Positions 38,815 through 50,739 of a DNA stretch of 64,000 nt are shown in pieces. The stretch is from Vitrella brassicaformis CCMP3155. Its lineage: Eukaryota; Protista; Chromerida. Positions within the stretch are counted from its first letter, which is position 1. Each line of letters starts with the position of its first letter. The stretch is from assembly GCA_001179505.1 (NCBI GenBank), contig CDMY01000200.1:105801-169800 (forward strand). The letters are read 5' to 3'. The notes under the pieces were generated by a model. It was not told where the DNA came from. It saw nothing but the letters and a program-made list of their open reading frames with translations, and searched no databases. A program made the position numbers and the translations under genes.

Positions 38815-41248
38815 CTACTGGAATGCGGCCCCCAGCTGCTGCCATGTGAACTGGCAGTCGGCATCGCCCAGGTGGGCGTTGAAGCCCTTGACCACCGCCC
38901 CATCCGCCAGCCCCCACTTGGCCGCCTCGTCCAGCCTGGCCCGATGCACCACCTCACGCAAACCCACACGGCCATGAGTGTGCACCGCCTCACGCGGACG
39001 GCTGTCGTAGTTCAGCTCGAAGCACTGCAGCTGCGGGCGCCTCACCACCTGGCCCTCGCTGTCCCGCTTCCTACCCCCGTTGCCTACCACCTCCTCGTTG
39101 CCCACCACCTGCAGCGACGCTGCGGCCTCCACGAATCGCGCCATGGCGGTGTTGATGCGGCGACCGACCTCAGTCGCATTCTGCACGAAGCGGGGGCGCT
39201 GCTCGAGCACCGATGGGTCGACGAAGAATGACGCCACGCGCCACGCCACAGCCGACATGTCCCGGTTGGCCAGGGGCGTCTCGTCGTCCTGCCAGGGGGC
39301 CGCCGGGGTGACGTGGGGGGGCAGGGGAGGAGGGTGCAGGGAGTCGAGCGATGGGTCGAATGAGGGGAAGGCGGCCTTGAGCTGCTGAGCGGTGCCGTTG
39401 TGGAATGCCTTGGTCAGCGCGTCAGCTATCTCGCGAAGATCTCGCAGTGCGGCGTTGACGGCTGCCATGACGGCAGCGGGCAGCTCGTTCAGCACTGTGG
39501 CGTACTCCGTCAGGACCAGCTGGCGCTGATGGCGGTTCTCTTCTGTGGCTGTGGGGATGAGATTGATGTCGCCTCCCGCCCGCAGCAGGGAATGGATGAT
39601 CCGCTTGTACTTGTCACTCGCAGCGCGATGCCGATCCTTGGCATCCTCGGGTGTGTCGGGGAGCTGAAGCTGTTGGGTGTTGTCATCGAGCTCCTCGGCA
39701 GACAGGGCCAGGGGCGTCTTGTAGAATACGTTCAGTCTGTTGATCTGGTCAGCGGGCAGCTTGCGGCAGAGGTAGTCGGCCACTGGGGGAGAGCCATCCA
39801 GTGCCGCGAAGTGCAGTGGCGTCCATCTAATGCCGGCCTCTGCCGTCATGTCGGCCCCGTTCGCCGTGATGAGGTCGAGGTAGGCGTCGATGAACGACTG
39901 GGGATAGAGCCCTTTCGCCCGCTCGGCTGCCTGGTGCACCAGGTTGTAGTCATAGCGTTCTTCGGTGGCGAGGGTGGGGTCTCGTGTGATGAGTTGCCGA
40001 TACATCGACATGAGCACCTGCAGATACTCGGAGGGAGGCGGACGCAGGGCATAGGGCAGCTCCATCACCATGTGTGGGGATGATGCGCGCAGGTCGATGC
40101 CTTGACGAGCCATCAGTATGTGGAAGGCTATCTCGTTGCCGCATGCAATCGCCACTTGGATGGGGGTCTGTTGGGTCTCGTCAGCTGCCGCATTAATGTC
40201 TGCCCTTCCGTCGAGCAGTGCGGTCAGGACGGCCCTCTGCAGCTCATTCGACGACCACTGGGGCAGTGCGACGGGACGGAGGACAGCATAACCATCATCG
40301 TCTTCGGCTTCGATGGTCGGGACGGTGTAGTCCGACTTGTTGTCAATGGCGAGACACAAGAGTGGGTAGCCGTAGACGACACCACTGCTGTCCCTGCCCA
40401 CCAGCCCGGTCATGACACCCGGGTCGGCCCGCTGCTGCCGGATGAGGTCGGTCACTTCTCGGGCACTGGTGAAGCGGCGGCCAATGATCCACCGTGACAG
40501 CTCCCTGGTGGCGTCGCTGGTGCCTTCGGGGAAACGAGCCTCCAGCTCATCGAGCCCGAAATGGCCGTCCGGCACAGGGACAGTGGGATCTGCTAGGTCA
40601 CTGAGAGGATGACCTGCCACACACACAGCCACACAACGGGCAGTGATTGTGCGCGTGGGATCCTCTCTCGCGTCTGCCTGGCGTACCGTCACAGATATCG
40701 TCGGAGTCTCTGTCATCGATATCGTCATCTTGGTCATCATCGCCATCCTCGTCCTGCATGCCATCCTGACACACAACAAAAAGAGGCAGAGGGCGGAAAA
40801 TGACTCGAGGGCCTCCATCACATGGACCAGTGTTGGTGTCGATGAGTGCCTCACCGATTCGTCTCCATCGGCTGCCTGCGGACCATCATCACCGTCGGCC
40901 ATCTCATCGGCCATCGCGCCCTCCTGCTGCTGGCCGCCTGGGCACCAACACACACACACCCTCACTGACCCGGCGTGAGTGTGCTGCTTGTGTGTGTGTG
41001 CGTCGAATGGTCTGTGTGGCAGGTCTGGTCACTCACCGCTGTCTGCGCCATTGCGATCTGAGTCCTCCGCCTGTCCACTGCCGCTATGCTCCTCCTCTGC
41101 ACACACCATCGAAGGCACACACACACGTGTGGCGCTGATGCTGTGTGTTTGATGTGTCACATTCATCTGTGTGTGGCGTACCCGCATCGCCACCGTCACC
41201 GTCCGCCATGGCAGCGGAGGCCATGCGGCTGTCGTGACCTCCAGACAT
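38815..41248 (-). CDS. Ankyrin-repeat family copy C (intact) with a divergent C-terminal domain
   Basis: ORF 38815..40965 has the same ankyrin framework (YLDLITANGADMTA, VADYLCRKLPADQI). After MAAVNAAL the C-terminal region differs from the other copies. ATG 41248. Confidence 0.87.
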
Positions 41249-41949
41249 CTCACTCCAACACACACCAACAGCTGCACCGACCACACACACAGAGAGGCGA
41301 CAAGAGATGGGCAGACACCTGCTGCATGTGTCGTGTGTGTGCTCGCCCACCTAGCTATGAGTCAAATGGTATACAAAGGCGCTCAATCAGTCCGCCCCGT
41401 CACCGAGGCCGACCTGCACAACACCGACACCGACACACAAAGGCCGCAAAGCCACATCATGGCATTGACTCGTGGCGAACCAATCGCGTGTGCGCGTACC
41501 GTCGGATGGCTCGAGAGGGACTGCCAAGCGCCGCGATGACTAATTCCCTGAAGGCCTCGACAGCGACAGAGGATACGTCAAGAGTGATAATGCAACGGAC
41601 GGACAGACGGGAAAGGAGGACGTGACGTCTTTCCGCCATCTTTCCGTCATCTTTCGTCGTCTTTCCTTCCCTTCTTCTTTTGGTTTCGGTGCGAGCTTCT
41701 GGTTGGATCGCTGTCGACGAAAAAGGCCACGAAAGCCGCCCTTTCAAGAGATCTATTGCGAGCAGTATATCCGGAGGCATCCTGGAGAAACAATAGCTGA
41801 AAGCGATGGCAAAAAAACAGGCAGAGCCGTGAGCCGACTCTCCCATGTGACAAGAAAAGACCGGGATTGACGAATGGATTGACGAAACACCGGTTTGTTG
41901 CCTTCGTGGTCTCTGTCAGATTAGATTGTCGACGAATGGCGGGGAGAGG

Positions 41950-42347
41950 ATGAATGCGGTGGCTCCCCTCCCCGCCCCATTTGAGCAGCGGCAGTGCCAC
42001 CCAACCGCTGCACACAGCCGAGAGGCCTCCGCTTCCCCGTCCCCTTCCCGCGCACCCACCCCCGGCCTCTCTCGATGAGGCGGGGTGGGTGGAGCGGGTG
42101 GCCGTCAACATGGCCAAGTGGGAGAGGGACGGCAAGCCCAACTGGCCGGGCGAGCGAGTTGGCGAGGGAGGCGGCCATGCTGGTGTGGCAGAACCAGGCC
42201 TGGCTGAGATGGCCGCAGGAGAACAAGGAGCCGGTGGCGGAGACCGACGCTAAGGTACGCGAGATGAACAAGCGAACCAAGAGGCAGATGGAGCAGCAGA
42301 GCCAGGAGGTAAGAAAAAGCTTAGCTAGTGAGTCACAAAGATGGTAA
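41950..42347 (+). pseudogene. Possible frameshifted gene fragment in the position occupied by the partner gene in the copy-B unit
   Basis: Coding-like stretches in two frames: LDEAGWVERVAVNMAKWERDGKPNWP and ELAREAAMLVWQNQAWLRWPQENKEPV…. No complete model could be built. Confidence 0.3.
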
Positions 42348-42963
42348 CCTAGCTGCCGAATTTGTGTGTCTGCTGCAATGATCAGGCTGCCGGTGGTGGT
42401 GGTGCACCCGAGCAGCCTCTAGTGAGCCCCACGTGGGCGGTCCACCAGTGATCGGGCAGAGGTGCGGCGATTGGTTGAGCCGGCAGCCAACCCGGAAGTC
42501 TCGCTTCAAGAGTGAGCAGATCTTCCTGCCTGTCTTCTGTGTATTCCCATCATTTTTTGGCTGGCTAAGTCGTTCATGTGTGTGGTTTGGGGTGTGGGTG
42601 TGTATGTGGGTGTGCTGAATGTTTGCCGACACTTTGGCCTGAAGCGACTGGATGAATGGAGTGAAAATTGATTGACGCACAGCAAGTCACACGAACGCAT
42701 AGACACCACAGTTCGCACAGCCCCTCCCTGTCTACTCAGATGGATCAAGATCGTCATGCAGATGACTACACATACATACAAAGGCAGCCCGAGGGAAACA
42801 CACAATGCGTCCACGGACGCCCTTCGTATACAAATAGAGACTTAAACCAGCACCAGGACCCCTCGTGGCACTAGACGTACCCACCCACCTGCAGTCAGTC
42901 ACTTCCCCTCCCTCCCTCGCTCCCTCCCTCTCTGTGCGTGTGTCTATGGCCGAATGCCGAGGC

Positions 42964-44830
42964 CTATGCAGCTACCACCTTCTGGTGGATAAGAGCAGCT
43001 GTCTGAGGGTACCGCTCATCTGGGCGGCGCTTCCGAGGAACGGGGCGCTCAGTGGTGCAGATCTTCAGGCCAAAGTCGACGCGGACCAGGAAATCATCGG
43101 CCGCCTTTTTCCCACACAGAATGAAGCGCGGCGCCTGCCACAGCACATTTGCCTCGTCGACCCGCCAGTAGGCCGCTTTGCGGCAGCCGTTCCACTCCCC
43201 CCTTGCGTGCAGCATGACGTCTTGGGTGAGCTGGTACTCGCTGGGAGGCGGATTGAGGAGGTCACTTGGGTGGGTGAAGTGGGGCCGCAGACGAAAGTCG
43301 TTCCCGTCCACGAAATGCGCGTCGATCAAAAAGACTATCAAGTCTGTGAAGGAAGAGTATACGTACCTGTCACCTGCAGACAGACAGCTGACATAAGGAA
43401 ACGGTTTGCACATTCAAACTGCTCTGCTCACATTTGGTTGGCGGGTCGGATTCGGTCAAATCGATGCTGACGTAGGTCAAGGGGTGTGTCAGTGATGAGG
43501 GTCCCACATAGTCCCGGCCGTTGACACAGCTCAGATCCACATGCTCGCGGATACGGTGACTGAATAGCGAGTACTGGCGCACCGCCGGGGGCCGCGTGTC
43601 GAAGACCGCCCGGCTGCCCACTTGCTGCAGCTCATGTGCCGTGATGGTGATGGGCAGAGAGGGGAGGAGGCGGCAGTTCCTGAGGTAGTGGATAAGCGAA
43701 ACACACCGGTCCCAGCGGCCGCCCTCCTCAATCACGTACAGCAGCCGCAACAGATAACTCGCCCTGGTGTCGGCCAGCCGCAGCACCAGCTCACTCCAGC
43801 GCAGATGGAGGAGATGGCATACAATGACCAGGCAGATGAGCGATAATAAGATGCAGGGCACTACCCATCTTGTGGCGACAATGATGAGTGGCGGGGTCAC
43901 GCCCAGCTGAAGCAGAAACCTCTTCCCGCTCGGGGACCGAAGCCATGCGATGCAGGTGCCAGGGGTGGCTGCAGAGCCGAGGAATAGCTTGCCGATCGAC
44001 AGCGCCACACGCAGCCCACTCACGACAGAGCGAGCGACGGACCACAGAAGGTCACATACGCCGTCCCTCGCCACCCAGAACTGCCTATACGCTCGCACGA
44101 CGAAGGATGCCTCCCCAAGCAATCGAATGGCCTCTGTGATCACAAAAACCGGGACCACCAATAAGAGTAGGAGAGAGTAGAGAGTCATGTAAAAAACTAC
44201 GATAGGCCTGTGAATCCAGTGAGGGAATCCAGCCAGCGGCTCCAGAAAGTCGGCCAGCCCACGGGTCATGACGAGGGTACAGAGGAGGATGGGCATATAA
44301 AGGACGACGAGAACGATCCCGCCCACGGCAATTGGAACGAGAAGGGAGACCGCGCTGAGAGTGGCCGTGATCCACTGCCGCAGAAGCAGCAGGACCGTCA
44401 CGCACCGCTTCTGGTACGTGAACACGCCAGTGAGGCCCTCCTCGCGAATGGCAGCATCGATGCGGTGCGTCAGGTAGGCCTCATTGACCAGCTGGCAGCC
44501 GACACTCTTGGACGAGGCGCGGAAGTGGCCACAATCCTCCGCCGTGAGAAAGGCCAGCAGTTGCCTCTCCACATCCTCGGGCAAGCCGACCAACCAACAC
44601 GCATTGGCGTCCGACTGATGTGGACAAACACACACACAGACCCGGCGCACGTGCGCAATGGATGCACGTGCGGTCATGTATGAGTGCCCACTCACCGGCG
44701 GTCTCCCTTCGCTCGTATACGCCTCGCTGTCCACCGGCTGCTGCAGACCCTGCATACACACGGCCAGCTGAACGTGCTGTTCGTGCTCGTGTTCGTCGTG
44801 CCCCACGGGCAATGTGTTGCGCACGGGCAT
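42964..44830 (-). CDS. Lineage-specific F-box-like protein with an internal multi-transmembrane block, 3 exons
   Basis: ORF 43370..44830 (LVGLPEDVERQLLAFLTAEDCGHFRASSK; several long hydrophobic helices; YLLRLLYVIEEGGRWDRC) splices to ORF 42964..43413. Confidence 0.72.
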
Positions 44831-45616
44831 CTGCCGCGACAGAGGATGGGTCAGAGGGCGTGCATCACTCGTGCATCATCACTCTCCCAGGTATCATCAC
44901 GCTCGACAGCCAGATCCGATCAGCCGCGTGCAATGCGCGTCAGATCTCCCTTCTCCACTCCGGAGAGAGCGGTTTCACGGAATGTCGACCCCTCCTCCCG
45001 GCCGGGAAGGAGGCGAACAGCAGACCTTCCTGAGAAGATATAAGACGACCAGCGGGTAAGGAGGCAAACGGAAGCGAGAAACATTCATTCGATTCATTCC
45101 TTCTATGGATCCGGACGTTATTCCTGACGTTAGGTTGCGCATGTCAGCCTTGACACGTTTTATGAGAGACCGACAGACTCTGCCTGCCGTTGCGCTATGA
45201 GTTAACTTGTCCGTCTATTCAGTCCACAAGTTGCTTGCTCAACCGATTCGCGTCTACACCACGCAGCCCGATGCATGCATCTTGAAAAGCAAGCTCCAAT
45301 AAGCAAAGGAACCCGTATGCACGCGCCTCTGCTCATACATGTACCATCCTTTCATCACGTTCCCTGCCCAAGACATACACTACTCTTGAAACACAGCACA
45401 CCAATGAATACACATACATACCTGCCCACATGGTGCACAGAGAAAGAGAGACACCTTCATGCCATTCACGGCTGCCTGGTCTTGTGCTGCGTCTGTCTGC
45501 CTATGCGTCTGTCAGCCATGTCATCCCTCCCTCCCTCCCTCCCACGCACGCAAAAATGGCATGCGCATACATACAGACAAACCTTTGCCATGGCAATGCA
45601 AAGCAATGCATGAGCC

Positions 45617-46748
45617 TCACCTGGCTGCCTTTCCACCCTCCTCCACCTTCCCTGTCCCCTCCCCTGACACACGCATGGCCTCCCGCAGTGCATCAGCTTC
45701 CTGGCCACCACGGATGGCCTCAAGCAGATACGACGCAAAAACAAGCGCCACGGCAATTCCTATCTGCTCCGGGAGTTTGCCCATGTTCGCGTCACCGTCC
45801 AGAATTGCCATCACGGTATTCCACAGGTCTTTGAGGGCCAGGAAACTAAATATAGTGAGGAGAACTTGGAGAAGGTCCGTCAGGCGGTAGTTGTTCGACC
45901 GGAGGAGGGCCAGCTTCTTACCTGTCAGTCAGTCACTCACTCAATCATCCAAGAGTGCAAACCACAAGGCGCTGCTTGATCTCCTTCGTCGAGGGCGATA
46001 GAGTGTTCCTCCCGCACCTTGTTTGCCGAGACCCACAGACACGAAAGAGCACAGAAGTTAGAGCGGACTGCGTGCCCAAGGATCTTGTGTGCGTGCCTGT
46101 CTGGGTGGCTTTGCGTACTTTGTGGAACGGGCTTGACGTCGAGAATGAGCGGTTTGTCGTCGGTGCTGCCCGCCTTCTCCAGCACCTTGTCCACGGTGGC
46201 GCTGAGACGCAGCTCCTCCCCTTCGAAGATAAACCTCTTGGCCAGCAGCCGCTTGGGCGTCAACCCACGGTCCTCTATCAGGCTCGCCACATCGACGAGC
46301 ATTGCGTCCTTCGGGCACTCGACCAGGACTATGTTGCCACCGGCGCCATTTTCCGTTATCTTCACCCACACTCCCACAGAAGATGTCGCGTCAGCATCAT
46401 CAGCAGCGTCAGCATCATCAGCAGTCGAGTGAGCATCAGCTGCGAGTGCCGTTGTGGAGCTGGGCACCGCCACGAAGGGCTCGTGGCTGGTGATGCGATG
46501 CAGTGACGAGGGCACGGCGATGGGCACGCTGGGGCGACGAACGTGCACGAAGACCGACTGCACACACGACATCATGAGGAGGCGCACAAGCCCTTGATGG
46601 TTGCCCGACTCGTGTGTCCTGCCGTCTGTCTGTCTGTCTGTCTGTCTGTGTGCTGACTGACCGGCAACACGCGTACCTGTGTGCCAGCCGCTGTCGACAG
46701 GGTCCCCAGCAGCACCAGCCACACGCTGGCGATACTTCCAGGTGTCAT
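45617..46748 (-). CDS. Hypothetical protein: signal peptide, Ser/Ala-rich leader, ubiquitin-like beta-grasp segment, two C-terminal TM helices
   Basis: Exon 1 MTPGSIASVWLVLLGTLSTAAGTQ. Exon 2 contains VWVKITENG…RFIFEGEELRLSATVDKVLEKAGSTDDKPLILDVKP. The last exon has LLQVLLTIFSFLAL and IGIAVALVFASYLL. The middle splice is uncertain. Confidence 0.6.
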
Positions 46749-46956
46749 GGTGGAGAGATGAGCACAAGATCTGTCAATTCCGCGGCTATACAAGCTTCAC
46801 TCTCGAAATGCACTGCCATTTCCGTCATTTGTGTGCTTACGAAGAGCGAACTTGAGAGCGGTTTCACGAAATGTCTTACTGAGGTCGCCTGGTCGCTGCA
46901 CTGTCACTCATCTGAGGAACACTTCGCGCACACTTCTTAGCTCGCCATGCAGGGTG

Positions 46957-46972
46957 TAGGGTTCAAACCCTA
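46957..46972. promoter_or_regulatory. Telo-box palindrome TAGGGTT-CA-AACCCTA in the divergent promoter upstream of ankyrin copy D
   Basis: Perfect 7-bp inverted repeat. The AAACCCTA half is conserved at the homologous site upstream of copy E (TAGGGTTT, ~53534-53541). Confidence 0.45.
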
Positions 46973-47456
46973 ACTTCAACCACTCACGAATGACGGAAAT
47001 GGAGAAATGCTCCGCCTCCATTCAGGTAGAGCACTCATTCATTCGTAATCGTGAAGCCGCCTTGACTCATCGGCTGCCTTACCCATCCTCCGCTCGTGAG
47101 TCACGTACGTTCTCTCCGGTGCGGCGGCAGCAGCTCCAGCGGCATACTGAGTGTGGTCAGAGCAGCTGCTCGACTCGGCTATAGCCGCTTTATACGACGG
47201 TGAGTGGTGGACGCGATTGACTCATCACGAGTCACCATGTGATTCGCTGCTTCTGTTGCCGCTATAATTGTGTTGTGCAGTCTGCCTTATCGGCGTGGCG
47301 GACCGATTGGCAATTTGCTCGTCTGTGTCCATAATTCGACACACAATAGGTGGGCAGGCACAGACACAAAGCTTCCACCAGGTGCATGTGCCCATCTGTC
47401 TCATGGCTCTCTCTCTATGTGGTGGATGCAGCTGCTAATTGGGGTGTGTTTGAGTG

Positions 47457-49732
47457 ATGTCTGAGCCTTACGGCATCGGCATGCCCTCTGCTGCCACGGC
47501 AGACGATGCCGACGGCGATGCAGGTACGCCACACACAAGTGCATCCCGCCACATGCGTTCATGTGGTTGTCGTTGTGCGGTTCATCGTGTCTGCAGGCGA
47601 CGTAGACGAGGAGGGGCATGGCGGCGGCGGGCCAGGAGAGGAAAACAATCGCAACGGCGTTGATGGTGAGTGACTGACCAATCATGCTATACAGACCAGT
47701 CGACACACCAGCAGCACAGCACACCCTATGTGCTCTCCGTCGGTGCGTCGCCTGTGTCTGTGGTCAGACGAGCAGCAGCAGGAGGAGGGCGGGATGGCCG
47801 ACGAGGAGCCAGACCCTCAAGCAGCAGCAGGAGCCGATAGCGAACCGGTGAGGCGCTTATGAACACACTCCCCGTCGATATGATGTCCGTCACGTTTTCC
47901 CTTGCCCTCTTGTGGTGTCGGGATGCCATGCAGGAGGCGGATGGTGCTGGCGACGCCAGTGAGGACTCATCCGACGACAGTGAGGTGGCGTACGAGGAGC
48001 ATGGTACGCCTGACAGACAGATGTGACAATGCTACACACACACACACTCGCTATGTACCTCCCTCGTGTGGTGGCTCTGTGCACTGCAGGTCATCCTGTG
48101 GTGGCGGCCACTGGCGTGACTGTCGCAGACGGCTGTGTGGGCGTCAATGACATCGAGGCTCGATTCCCTCTCGGCACCAACGAGGCCAGCAAGCAGCTGG
48201 GGCTGGGCATAATCGGCCGCACCATCATGGACCCACGCCAAGTGACCGACCTCATCCAGCAGGAAGGAGCCGACCCAGACGTCAAGCCTCGGCTGAGCGA
48301 CAAGGGCAGCAAGCGTCCTGGGTTCCGCTACCCGCTGCTCTGTCTCGCCATTGACAACCTGTCAGACAATGCGATATCGACCATCCAAGCAGACGACCGT
48401 CCCGCTGTCCTACCGCAGTGGTCGTCTGCTGGGCTGCAGGCGGAGATCCTCACCGCACTGCTCGACGGAGGAGCCGACATCAACACGCCAAGCTGGTTCT
48501 GGTCGGGGCCCCTCCAACTGGCAATTTCGGCAGGCAACGCGACGGCCTTCGAGCTGCTAATGGAGCGGCCCGACATCGGCCTGCAGGGGCACGGCGATAT
48601 GGAGCTGCCCCGTCCCCTGCGTGCGCCTCCCCTCGAGTATGTGCAGGTGCTCATGTCGATGTATGAGCGACTCATCACACGAGACCGCACCCTCGCAACC
48701 CAACGACTCTTTGGCTACAACCTGGTGCATCGAGCAGCCATGCGAGCGAAATGGCACTATCCCCAGTCCTTCATCGACAGCTACCTCGACCTCATCACGG
48801 CGAACGGGGCCGACATAACGGCAGCCGACGGCATTCGGCTGACGCCACTGCACTGGGCGGCACAGTGCGGCTCTCCCTACGTGGCCGACTACCTCTGCCG
48901 CAAGCTGCCCGCTGACAACATCGACAGACGGACAGTCTTCGACGACACGCCCCTCGCCATGGCTGCCGAGGAGCTCGATCGCCGCACTCAAGAGCTTCAG
49001 GACCTGGAGACGCCCGAGGCCACCAAGGAACGGCATCGCGCCGAGAGTGACAAGTACAAGCGGATCATCCGTTCGCTGCTGCGGGTGGGAGGCGACATCA
49101 GCAGCATCCCCACAGCCACAGAGGAGGTCCGCCGTCAGCGCCAGCTGGTGCTCACCGAGTATGCGACGGTGCTCAACGAGATGGGCCCTGCTGTCATGGC
49201 GGCCGTCAACGCCGCCCTCGCCCCCCACCGCTCCCTCGCGGCCCTCCTGGCCCCCCGGCTGGCTGTCGGCCCGCAGGAGGCCCCCATCTTCGGCTGGCGC
49301 ATCGCGTCATACCTCTTCGACATGGATGCCGCCAAGGAGCCCACCAGTGAGGCCATCGGTGTGCGGCACACCGACATGGCCCGCCGTGTGTGTGCGGCAG
49401 CGGAGCACTTTGTCAAGTCGGCAGTGTACCAGGCCAGCAGCAACAGGGAGGTGGTGGGCGGGACGAGGCATGAGCAGCAGGGCGACAAGCGGCTCAAGGT
49501 GACGGTGCCGCAGCTGCAGTGCTTTGTGGTGGGCGGTGTGGGCGGCCGCAAGATGGAGTTGCGTGAGGTGGTGCAGCGGGCCATCCTGGACGAGGCGGCC
49601 AAGTGGGGGCTGGCGAGGGAGATCGACAACGGCTTCAGCAAGGATGTGGCTGCGGTGGTGTGGGGGGCGGTGGGGTGGGTCGAGAGGGGGCGGGACGGCA
49701 GGGAGACATTCAGGTCGCTGCAGATGACGTGA
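47457..49732 (+). CDS. Ankyrin-repeat family copy D (intact, 5 exons)
   Basis: ATG 47457 (MSEPYGIGMPSAATADDADGDA), three acidic micro-exons, main exon from 48090 in ORF 48023..49732. Confidence 0.88.
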
Positions 49733-50739
49733 GATGCGGACATAGACAGGTTTGGGTGGCAGGGATGGGTGGACTTTGATGTGTGGATGGGACGGTTGTC
49801 GCCGTCTGACTCAGTCGAGTGCTTCCCTGTCGCGCGGCCCTAACATGTATATGTGCTAGATACTGCATTTCTGGCTGGACGGCTCGACACATGGGTGGGG
49901 GGTGGATGGATGGATGGATGGGCTGAGGTGGAGAGCTGTCACGATCATGTGTTCACTGACGCATCCACTGAGGTGCCACGTGAACGGACGAATGTGGTGG
50001 TGGTGGCTCACCTGATGCCTGCACGTCAATGGAGAGACGGCGGCTGCCTGGCTGGCGGACGGGTGGTGTGATGGTCTTGGAATTCATTGCCTTCTGCTGC
50101 TATTGCCTCGCTGTGTGGGCGTGTGTTGCTGTCTGACCTTTCGTCTGAGAGATTCTGCGTGCCCAATTACCTTGATCATTTGAAGGGCTTACACGACATT
50201 GGTGTGTGTGGGGGGGGGCATTTTGTCGACGAACTGGTGATACGAGTCGAGTTCGGTCGACAAGATGCATGCCAGACCACCTCCGTTCAGTCCTCCACTC
50301 ACTCCTTCATTGATAAAAGCGACAACGCTATGCACTCAGTGAATGAGTCTGACAAAGAAGTAATAGCGACCTTCACCCATTCGTCCATGGACGGATACAT
50401 TAGCAAAGCCATTCAAAGCCATTCAAACGCACTCTGTCCCCCTCCACGACCCACACACTGTCCACTCAGCATACGTCAACACAGCAGCTATCGATCCAGC
50501 AGCACTCACCACAGCATGATGAGGTCGCTGAGTGCTGTTGGATGACTGAGTGAGTGATGACAATAAAACATGCAAACACCCCAGCCAAGGGTGAAAAAAT
50601 GCCAAGATGGCACACAGGGAAGCTGCAAAGAAGCACTCAAATGAGTCAGGCAGCGACCACCATCCATCCCCACATCAAAATCACCCCACCTTGTCTGCCA
50701 CCACAATCAACCCTGCCCTCATCTATCTGTTTGCCTGTC

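Noticed and set aside
50087-50706. ORFs in the spacer between copies D and E
   Set aside because: There is no recognisable motif or consistent splice model, and the composition is like 3' flank sequence.
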